The position numbers and the translations under genes are program-made. 20,000 nucleotides of DNA from an uncultured virus (IMG/VR IMGVR_UViG_3300049732_000141) (lineage: Duplodnaviria > Heunggongvirae > Uroviricota > Caudoviricetes), in IMG/VR virus record IMGVR_UViG_3300049732_000141. The stretch is one strand, 5' to 3'. Numbering within the stretch: the first letter of the stretch is position 1; each line of letters begins with the position of its first letter. The notes under the pieces were generated by a model that had not been told where the DNA came from, did no database searches, and worked only from the letters and a program-made list of their open reading frames with translations. Below, one piece after another: positions 13,365 through 20,000 of this stretch.

Positions 13365-14908
13365 TAGAGTTCCGTTTCTGTGATCGAGGAGATCAGCCCC
13401 CTGCTATCCCGCGTGATGTCCCGGCGCGTCTGGCGCTTCTGCGCGGCCCGCTTTTTGAACGGGAACGGAGGCTTCTTGCCGGGGGGCTTCGGCTTGCCCT
13501 CCTCGCCCTCTTCCTTCTCACCGGGCTTCGGCTTGGCCTCCGGATCAGCGTCCGGATCGGCCTCGGGGTCCGCCGCATCCGGGTTCTCCAGCGCGAACGC
13601 TTCCTGCTTCTTGGCGTCGATCTCGGCCCGCTGGTCATCGGTGAAGGGCTCCATGTCGAGCGCCCGCTCCCGGATCTCATCGGTCGTGACGACCGTGTCC
13701 CCCTGCGTCTGGTTGATCGCAGCGTAAGCCTTCGCCAGATCCGCCTTCTCCGCGTCCGACTTGGTGCGGATCTGCGACCATCGCACCTCGTAGTCCGGGG
13801 CCTCTGGCAGCACGCCGAGTTCGATCAGCCGGTCCACGAATGGCCGGATGATCATCGGCTCCGCATACTCCCCGCGCCGCGACTCGATGTCACGGTCGTA
13901 GCTGACGCGGTCCTGCTCGGCCGCCAGCTTGGCCTGCTCCGACCCCATGAGGATTCGCTGCGGGATGCCAACCGAAGCCGAGATCTGCTCGATGACGGCG
14001 CGGGCCGGGCTGTCGAAGTTGGCAACGTCGGAGCCGAGAGACTTGATCTCGACGCCTCGCGTCAGCAGGGTGCGCTCCATCTTGTGGATGTAGTTCTCGA
14101 CCTCCTGCTCAAGCTCCTGCTCCTCCGACTCCTCCAACTCCATCGTCGGGTCGAGGTTGAACTGCATGCCCTGATCGGCACGCTTCCAGAAGGCCTCGGC
14201 TCCGCCGCCGGTGACCTTCTCCAGATCGTCAAACAGGTTCCACACGCGCAGCAGGCGCGGGGCCCCAAACAACGGGTCCTCCAGCGTGTTGTCCGCGACG
14301 TGAATGACCCGGGTGTAATGCACCCGCATGTTGATCGGGGCCACACCGGACGGGGTCTGCCGGGTGATGGTGTAGAAGATCGGCTTGCCGAACCGGGGGT
14401 CCTCGACGTCCGTCACGTAGGATTCGATCTTGGCCTCGTCCTCACCGAAGCAGGAGAGGTAGACCAACTGATCCGCCGTGCAAGACTTGAGTTCCTCCTC
14501 GGGCTTGCCCGGGGCTCCGAGGAAGATGACTCCATAGCGGCCGATGCCGGACAGGACGTCGATCTTCTTCAGCGTGGTCCAAATCTTGAGGCGCTTGTTC
14601 AGGTCCTCGAACGACTTCTCGAACTCCGTTTCCTTGTTGGGGTCCTCGTCCTCGATCAGTTCCGCGCCGCCACGCCACGTATCGCCGGGCTTGGACTCCA
14701 CGACGCGGGCCGCCACGCCGTTCCGGTCGTAGCGTCCCCTGAAGTCCTTGACGTCGAGGATGCGCTTGTAGCCAAGCACCTCGTAGAGGTTGCGCTTGCC
14801 CTCGTAGGTGATCCCGGCCTTGGTGGACCACAGGCTTCGCCCGGCCAACGCCGAGGCGGCCTGCACCAGCGCCCTCAGCCGACCCCCCATCGGTTTCTTT
14901 CCTGCCAT
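13364..14908 (-). CDS. Portal protein (DUF1073-like), 514 aa
   Basis: Likely start ATG 14908 (RBS GAGGGA). Motifs YDRNGVAARVVE, GRYGVIFLG, DPRFGKP, VHYTRVIH, GIPQRILMGSEQ, IRPFVDRLIELGVLP. Positioned between terminase and MuF. Confidence 0.88.
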   Translation of the reverse strand: MAGKKPMGGRLRALVQAASALAGRSLWSTKAGITYEGKRNLYEVLGYKRILDVKDFRGRYDRNGVAARVVESKPGDTWRGGAELIEDEDPNKETEFEKSFEDLNKRLKIWTTLKKIDVLSGIGRYGVIFLGAPGKPEEELKSCTADQLVYLSCFGEDEAKIESYVTDVEDPRFGKPIFYTITRQTPSGVAPINMRVHYTRVIHVADNTLEDPLFGAPRLLRVWNLFDDLEKVTGGGAEAFWKRADQGMQFNLDPTMELEESEEQELEQEVENYIHKMERTLLTRGVEIKSLGSDVANFDSPARAVIEQISASVGIPQRILMGSEQAKLAAEQDRVSYDRDIESRRGEYAEPMIIRPFVDRLIELGVLPEAPDYEVRWSQIRTKSDAEKADLAKAYAAINQTQGDTVVTTDEIRERALDMEPFTDDQRAEIDAKKQEAFALENPDAADPEADPDADPEAKPKPGEKEEGEEGKPKPPGKKPPFPFKKRAAQKRQTRRDITRDSRGLISSITETEL

Positions 14909-14916
14909 GATCCCTC

Positions 14917-15189
14917 TCAGTTGGTTTTCTGTGGCGGAAGCCGCGAGTATAGCTCTTCGAGGCCGGGCCGCCAGACTTCTATAGGATACCCCATTCTTTC
15001 GCAGGCTTGCATCGCCCTTAACGCGAGGGTCAAGGTAGCGGAGAACACCTCCCCGGCGGTCACCCCGCCCGCCACGGTCTTCATCCCGTCGAGGGCCGCA
15101 TCGGTCAACATGCGGACGACCTCGGGGTCCGGAGGTCGAGGGTTCACGCCGCTCGGGCGACCCGCTGCTTCTTTTTCGCGCTCCGCCAT
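14917..15189 (-). CDS. Hypothetical protein, 90 aa
   Basis: Fills the terminase-portal gap; RBS GAGGGG; helical-looking sequence; overlaps the terminase 3' end by 46 nt. Confidence 0.5.
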   Translation of the reverse strand: MAEREKEAAGRPSGVNPRPPDPEVVRMLTDAALDGMKTVAGGVTAGEVFSATLTLALRAMQACERMGYPIEVWRPGLEELYSRLPPQKTN

Positions 15190-17108
15190 ACACCCCTCAC
15201 CCTCTGCGCCGTCCCGGCGCTCACCATGACCCCGGCCACCGCGTTGGCGATATCGTCGTGCTCCCCCTGCCGGTGATCCACAGAGTCCCGGCCGGTGCGC
15301 CCGACCCGGCGTTCGAGGTTCACGAATTGATTGACGACCCGCCGGTGGTGTTCGGCGTCCAGCAGTTCACAGAGCTTGGCGTTCACCATCGGCACGAACT
15401 CCAGATACAGTTCGCTGCGGGTTTTCTCGGACAGTTCGTAGTTCACGCCGTGCTTGCGGAGGGCCTTGCGGGGCCACTCCCCGCCGTAGGCGTCCCCCAC
15501 GACTTTGAACACCCGATAGTCCTGACAGATCTGCGCGACCTCACGACTGACGTCGTCGGGGTCGAACTTCGCCTTCCACTCGACCACCTTATCGAGCACC
15601 GGCAGCTTGATCTTGACCCCGGCCACGGTCCGCTCCTCGTCGTGCGCGATGGCCAGCACGTAGGAGTCCGAGGAGCCACCGGAGGGGTCCACGAAGGCCC
15701 GATACCGCTTGTTCCGGTCGTAGCCCATCTCGTAGCGCCCGGGAATGCTGACCGCCTCCAGCGCGTCCCGAGAGAAGATGGCCTCCAGATCGCTCCGGAA
15801 CTCCCCGCCATATTCGGCCTTGGCGCTCTCAGGGTCTTCCTCGTAGAAGTCGCGGATCTCGTCCACCAACTCCTCGGAGCCGTCCGGGCGCATGCTCAGG
15901 GTGTCGGCCTGCCACGAGAGATGCTTGGCTTCCTCCCGGCCGTAGTTCTTCCGCCAGTGGTCATACAGTTCCCCGCGCTTCGCGTAGGGAGAGGACAGCA
16001 TGATCAGCATCGAGCCGGGCACGCCGAGGGTGGCCGGGCGCATCGCACGCATGACCTTCTTGTCCTGCTTGGCGCTCTCCGGGTCGGTCGGCCAGAACGC
16101 GATCTCGTCCATCAGCGCCGCGACCACGGTATATCCACGGGTTCCGGCCTCGCCCACGGCGCGGATCTCGATGGTGATGCCGTTCTTCAACTCGATGATG
16201 TTCTTGGTCGGCTCGTCCTCCATCGTCTCACGGAGGAAGTCCACGGTCTTGACCATCGCCCGCACGTATTCGCGGATGACGCCCGCCTGCGCCTTGTCGC
16301 GGGCAAGGATCATGACCATGCCCTTGGTGCCAAGCTTGAGCTTGTAGGTGCGGCAGCAGGCGAGATACACGCCGATAAGCGCCGTGATGTAAGACTTGCC
16401 GCCGCGCCGTCCGACGATCAGGGAGATGACCTTCGACGCCCACGTCGGCCACTTCTTCCTGCCGGTGCAACGGGTGAAGATCTCCTCCGGGGTCGCGCCC
16501 GTGGGGATCTTGGCCGCTCCACGTGGCACGTCCTCCGGAGCCGCGTTCACGTAGCCCGGCATGGCCTCGCCGTTCGCGTGGTTCCTCAGCAAGTCCTCCG
16601 GCGGGAGCCCGAAGGCCGCAGCGAGGAACACGCGCCATGCCAGCCACGTCTGCGCCGGATGCACCTTGGACTCCTCGGTTGCCGGGGGAGGTGCCGAGGG
16701 GTCTTCGTCCTCGTCCCGCTCAGGTGGGTCAAAGTGCTGCAGCATCTCGTCGAACAGCCGCAGGATCGTCCAGCCCCGCTTGTAGAGGGGCTTCTCCGGC
16801 TTCGGGGGCGCAGGCTTGGTCGGCTCGGGACCGGCGGGAGGCAGCGTGGGGAGCGTGAACCCCGCCTCGATGATCAGGGACTTGACGTCCCGAGGCTCCC
16901 GCATATTGAGTTCGTTCGCCATGAGCCGCACCGCATTGTGCAGGTGCTGCACAGTCGGCCAGAACTCACGGACCTTCTCGACGCGGGCCTGCCGTTGGGC
17001 AAGCTGCTGTTGCCGCCGCTTCTCTCGCCCCTTACGGGCGAACTCCGTCATGTCCCGTTGGTTCCGGGCGACAAGTTCAGGATCGACTGGCTGTTGATCG
17101 TCGGACAT
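15144..17108 (-). CDS. terL: Terminase large subunit
   Basis: Walker A IVGRRGGKS, Walker B VAALMDE, coupling motif LSSP, RNase H-like nuclease residues FVDPSGGSSD...HDDIANA. Confidence 0.93.
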   Translation of the reverse strand: MSDDQQPVDPELVARNQRDMTEFARKGREKRRQQQLAQRQARVEKVREFWPTVQHLHNAVRLMANELNMREPRDVKSLIIEAGFTLPTLPPAGPEPTKPAPPKPEKPLYKRGWTILRLFDEMLQHFDPPERDEDEDPSAPPPATEESKVHPAQTWLAWRVFLAAAFGLPPEDLLRNHANGEAMPGYVNAAPEDVPRGAAKIPTGATPEEIFTRCTGRKKWPTWASKVISLIVGRRGGKSYITALIGVYLACCRTYKLKLGTKGMVMILARDKAQAGVIREYVRAMVKTVDFLRETMEDEPTKNIIELKNGITIEIRAVGEAGTRGYTVVAALMDEIAFWPTDPESAKQDKKVMRAMRPATLGVPGSMLIMLSSPYAKRGELYDHWRKNYGREEAKHLSWQADTLSMRPDGSEELVDEIRDFYEEDPESAKAEYGGEFRSDLEAIFSRDALEAVSIPGRYEMGYDRNKRYRAFVDPSGGSSDSYVLAIAHDEERTVAGVKIKLPVLDKVVEWKAKFDPDDVSREVAQICQDYRVFKVVGDAYGGEWPRKALRKHGVNYELSEKTRSELYLEFVPMVNAKLCELLDAEHHRRVVNQFVNLERRVGRTGRDSVDHRQGEHDDIANAVAGVMVSAGTAQRVRGVWRSAKKKQRVARAA

Positions 17109-17137
17109 TCGTAGGGAGATCTTACCTCGAACGGAGG

Positions 17138-17167
17138 CCCGGGAGGCCCACCTTTCGGCCTCCCGGG
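17138..17167. other. Perfect 11-bp inverted repeat upstream of terL
   Basis: CCCGGGAGGCC-8 nt-GGCCTCCCGGG, with an outer GAACGG/CCGTTC pair at 17129-17134 and 17175-17180. Confidence 0.7.
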
Positions 17168-17186
17168 TCGATCACCGTTCTGTCGC

Positions 17187-17525
17187 TTAGAAGGTCGGGT
17201 CCGTCTCCGGCGTGCCGACGAGGAACTGGATGTTCTGCGCCTCGCCCGGCGTGACCGTCACCGTCAGAGGCGGAACGCTGCTGATCAGACGCGTGCCGCT
17301 CGACATATCCGCGTCCCCGGTCACGGTGATGTCCGTCACGCCCGGAACCCGGGCGCGGAAGATCGCCGTTCGGCCATCAGGAGCCACCTCCAGAATGCCG
17401 AGGGCCGGAACCTGCACCGTCCAGACGGGGACGCCGTCCAACTGCGCGGGCTGCGGATTGGTGCCTCCCGTAACCGGCTGCAGTTCGATGGGAATAAACT
17501 GACCTACCCGAAGTGATACTTCCAC
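17187..17525 (-). CDS. Small Ig-like (beta-sandwich) protein
   Basis: Probable GTG start at 17525 with RBS GGAGG 6 nt upstream. LDGVPVWTV...VAPDGRTA...PGVTDITVTGDAD...LTVTV is a bacterial Ig-like pattern. Confidence 0.6.
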   Translation of the reverse strand: MEVSLRVGQFIPIELQPVTGGTNPQPAQLDGVPVWTVQVPALGILEVAPDGRTAIFRARVPGVTDITVTGDADMSSGTRLISSVPPLTVTVTPGEAQNIQFLVGTPETDPTF

Positions 17526-17639
17526 AGTGCGCCTCCCCCTGATGAGAAAGTGAATGTTCTTGGCGCGTCGTCGCCCTCGACGAAGCCACCTGAACAAGAG
17601 CAGAAGCAGTCTAACTCTGTTCACTCTCCCCGTCCAGCC

Positions 17640-18134
17640 TCACGGCTCTCGGCGTCGTCCGAGGATGTAGTCCGGCCGCCGGGCCGCGTTCGGCGGGCAC
17701 ACGCAGAGTAGCATCCACCCGCGATTCAAATCCTCCTGAAGAGAATCCGTGCAGTAATCCGTCTCCACCTTGACCTCGTTGATCGAGAGCAGACCGATGT
17801 GGGGCACCTGCACGTAGGTATTCACGACCTTGGCATCGGGCTCGGGGCCGCACATCGGGAGCACCGTCGTGCCCTTGAGCCGCTTGATCTCGAACGTCAC
17901 GCCGATGGCCAGCAGCGCCTCGCCCTCCGTCTGCAGGTCGATGTAGATCTCGGCTCCGTAGCCGGGCCACGTCCAGCCCTTCTTCAGTTCCTCCCGGGCG
18001 GGCATCTCGACATCACTCCCGGCAATCTTCGCCACGACCCGATAGGCGTGGGCCAACTCTTCGTCGGTGCCCTCGGCCGCCAGCTTCTCCAGCCGGGCTC
18101 GGCCCTCGTAAGTGAACATGACCTTGGCGATCAT
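17640..18134 (-). CDS. Phage hypothetical protein, 164 aa
   Basis: Start MIAKVMF at 18134 (ATGA overlap, RBS GGAGG). C-terminal GLLSINEV....DYCTDSLQ..L..GW.LLCVCP...RRPDYILGR resembles a recurring phage hypothetical family (from memory). Confidence 0.7.
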   Translation of the reverse strand: MIAKVMFTYEGRARLEKLAAEGTDEELAHAYRVVAKIAGSDVEMPAREELKKGWTWPGYGAEIYIDLQTEGEALLAIGVTFEIKRLKGTTVLPMCGPEPDAKVVNTYVQVPHIGLLSINEVKVETDYCTDSLQEDLNRGWMLLCVCPPNAARRPDYILGRRREP

Positions 18135-18421
18135 TTCTGCACCTCCCACACCCCGTTCCGCTGCACGTAGAAGTTCGCCACGGTGACCTCCCCCGCCGGG
18201 CAGCCGACCATCTCCCGCCGCCCGCAGGCCCACTCGGAGCCGACATTGGTCGGGAAGAAACACGCCAGCCCGGGGCAACCGGCCTCTCGCACGCGCACGC
18301 GCTCGACGCCCGGGCCCACGCGCACGCGGGCGCACGCGGGCGGAGAACCGAGGGTGCCCTCCGCTGTGACTCGGACCGTCTGCCCGGGCTTCAGCGTGCC
18401 CGGCGGCAGGGTGCCCTTCAT
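18131..18421 (-). CDS. Hypothetical Cys-containing protein, 96 aa
   Basis: Start MKGTLPPG at 18421; ATGA overlaps at both ends; RBS GGAGG. Confidence 0.6.
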   Translation of the reverse strand: MKGTLPPGTLKPGQTVRVTAEGTLGSPPACARVRVGPGVERVRVREAGCPGLACFFPTNVGSEWACGRREMVGCPAGEVTVANFYVQRNGVWEVQK

Positions 18422-18609
18422 GACGCCACCCTCCGGGTGACGTAGACGTCCACCATCACTCCGGTGCATCCGGCCCGCACCATGCGTTTGAACTTCCGGG
18501 TTTCGAGGCCCGGCACGTTGTAAACCATCTGCGTGTAGGGCTTCCGGGCGTCGAAGATCTGCACCGCCACGGGTTCGCCCTTGCTCCACTGGTCCTTGCG
18601 TTCCTTCAT
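18418..18609 (-). CDS. Hypothetical protein, 63 aa
   Basis: Start MKERKDQW at 18609; ATGA overlap; RBS GGAGGTG. Confidence 0.6.
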   Translation of the reverse strand: MKERKDQWSKGEPVAVQIFDARKPYTQMVYNVPGLETRKFKRMVRAGCTGVMVDVYVTRRVAS

Positions 18610-18833
18610 CGCACCACCTCCCGGACGAGGCGCAGCGTCTCCTCGTCGAAATCCTCCGTGCCGTTCAGCAGCACGGCCAGCACCTGCTTCCGGATGCCAA
18701 GCTCCTCGGCGCGGCCCCACAGGGCCCGCCGGTGATCGCGGAACGTCTCGCGGACCATGTAGCCCTGCAGGTAGCGTTTCGTCGTGCAGAGCAGGGCCAG
18801 CGCCAGCGCGTCGGGCGTCGGGTTCGGGCTCAC
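18606..18833 (-). CDS. Hypothetical protein, 75 aa
   Basis: GTGA overlap with the upstream stop; part of a translationally coupled chain. Confidence 0.6.
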   Translation of the reverse strand: MSPNPTPDALALALLCTTKRYLQGYMVRETFRDHRRALWGRAEELGIRKQVLAVLLNGTEDFDEETLRLVREVVR

Positions 18834-19162
18834 GCAGTCACCTTGTTGACCGGGTAGACCACATACAGCCGCTGGCCCACCACCGTCGCGTAGTGGTTCT
18901 TGCCCGCCATCACGTCCTCGGGCTTGGCCGCCTGCAGGAGGCGCAGCACCTTGGCGACCATCCGGTCGTTGACCTCGTCGTCACCGACCGCGTAGCCCCG
19001 GCGCTCCCCGGCCGCCGCCTGATGCGCCTTGGAGTAGGAGTGCTTCCCGGAGCAGCCGCAGCAGCACTTGCCGTCCTTGCCGCTGTAGACCGAGGAGACC
19101 TCGGCCACCGTCATCGCCCCGAGTTCCTGCGCCTGCGCCAACGTCAATGCCTCGTATGCCAT
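18830..19162 (-). CDS. Hypothetical protein with a YSGK..KCCCGCSG motif, 110 aa
   Basis: RBS GGAGG; first gene after the sigma-54 promoter; Cys cluster. Confidence 0.7.
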   Translation of the reverse strand: MAYEALTLAQAQELGAMTVAEVSSVYSGKDGKCCCGCSGKHSYSKAHQAAAGERRGYAVGDDEVNDRMVAKVLRLLQAAKPEDVMAGKNHYATVVGQRLYVVYPVNKVTA

Positions 19163-19188
19163 CGGTGCTACCCTCCGCCGTTCTACAA

Positions 19189-19205
19189 TGCAATCCGCGT
19201 GCCAG
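19189..19205 (-). promoter_or_regulatory. Sigma-54 (RpoN) -24/-12 promoter
   Basis: Minus strand CTGGCACGCGGATTGCA matches YTGGCACG-N4-TTGCW exactly. It is intergenic, correctly oriented, and 26 nt upstream of ATG 19162 with an RBS in between. Confidence 0.8.
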
Positions 19206-19249
19206 CCCGAATCCAGCCGAATTCCCGGGGTGTGCCCGGCCGGGCTGGC

Positions 19250-19468
19250 CTATTTCAATTCCAGCTTTGTGGCCGGAATTACCCTCTTGACGAGGGCCTT
19301 GGCGCAGGCCCCGCAATACCAAAGCTTGCCGATCCTGCGCCAGCCGTCCCGCACCCAAGCCGCGACGGCCGGGGCGGACTGCTGGTTGTAGCGGCAGCAG
19401 TTCTCCCCGGCGCACCACGCCGTCGATTCTGTGGTGACCTTTCCGCGCAGCGCTCCGTTGTTACCCAC
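19250..19468 (-). CDS. Small putative zinc-binding protein, 72 aa
   Basis: WCAGENCC...GWRRIGKLWYCGAC: paired Cys motifs. Confidence 0.6.
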   Translation of the reverse strand: MGNNGALRGKVTTESTAWCAGENCCRYNQQSAPAVAAWVRDGWRRIGKLWYCGACAKALVKRVIPATKLELK

Positions 19469-19997
19469 GGATCTTCTCGACGACCACCGGCTGCGGCTTG
19501 CGCCGGGTGACGCGCACCCGCTGAAGCACGCACCGCTCCTGCCCGTCGCTGTCCGTGAGCTTGGTGGCGTGCGCGACCGCGTCCTTGAGGGTCGGGTGGC
19601 CTTCTCCGATGCCCTCGTAGCGTTCCCCGACAGTGTTCGGTGCGACGAAGAAGTTGTTCCGCTTCTGCTTGCTCATGGTCTGCTCCTCCTTGAAGTTCAC
19701 AGTGAACGTCTTGTCCTTGACCCGGCGGATGCCCAAGACCTGATCGGCATACCGCTCGGCACTTCCCCCGTAGAGTTGCCAGAAGTTCCTGCGCTTGGCC
19801 TCGTCCCTCGGGATGCCGAGGCGTCGGGCCACCGCTGAGTGGAAGTCCATGTCCAGCGTCAGGTATTTCTGCAGATGCGCCCGGTAGCTCGCGGGCGTTC
19901 GAATGTCGCTGCCCGGCCAGTAGGTGGGGAAGAAACGCCACACGTAGAAGTCCCCGCGAGGGCCCTGCATGAGCTTGGTTGTCGCATCGATGACCAT
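19461..19997 (-). CDS. Hypothetical protein with a family-A DNA polymerase motif B-like segment; may start beyond the right edge; internal start possible at 19676
   Basis: DFHSAVARRLGIPRDEAKRRNFWQLYG. The frame stays open to position 20000. Strong internal RBS AAGGAGGAG before MSKQKRN. Confidence 0.55.
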   Translation of the reverse strand: MVIDATTKLMQGPRGDFYVWRFFPTYWPGSDIRTPASYRAHLQKYLTLDMDFHSAVARRLGIPRDEAKRRNFWQLYGGSAERYADQVLGIRRVKDKTFTVNFKEEQTMSKQKRNNFFVAPNTVGERYEGIGEGHPTLKDAVAHATKLTDSDGQERCVLQRVRVTRRKPQPVVVEKIRG

Positions 19998-20000
19998 CTC

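Noticed and set aside
14909..15193. 95-aa N-terminal extension of the portal in the ORF track
   Set aside because: Arg/Gly-rich off-frame-looking sequence that overlaps terL and a better 90-aa ORF; a good RBS supports ATG 14908.
15258..17114. 618-aa plus-strand ORF, and similar ones at 899..2317 and 14084..15229
   Set aside because: Antisense shadows of terL, the transferase fusion and the portal.
18286..18342. CGCACGCG short repeats
   Set aside because: Explained by encoded ARVRV/RVRVR peptides in high-GC coding DNA.

Overview
High-GC tailed-phage (or prophage) DNA. All credible genes lie on the minus strand. In transcription order (right to left): small hypothetical genes, one preceded by a perfect sigma-54 promoter; an Ig-like protein; terminase large subunit; DUF1073-type portal; short MuF head protein; a collagen-containing protein and a fibre-like protein; a tail-tube paralog; a 711-aa multidomain effector protein; a prohead protease-scaffold; a second tail-tube paralog; capsid decoration protein; linocin-M18-like HK97-fold major capsid protein; a trypsin-like protease; two neck proteins; and a glycosylation module (nucleotidyltransferase-methyltransferase fusion plus a two-domain glycosyltransferase). 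The most notable feature is a 13-aa tag, FDPDQPRDxxGxW, found four times. Each copy follows an R-x-A(A/G) site and precedes a different cargo domain: a ParB/Srx-like domain, two separate ADP-ribosyltransferases, and a duplicated small domain inserted in the protease-scaffold. This suggests a protease-processed, capsid-packaged effector polyprotein system. All family assignments come from motif recognition by eye; no searches were run.
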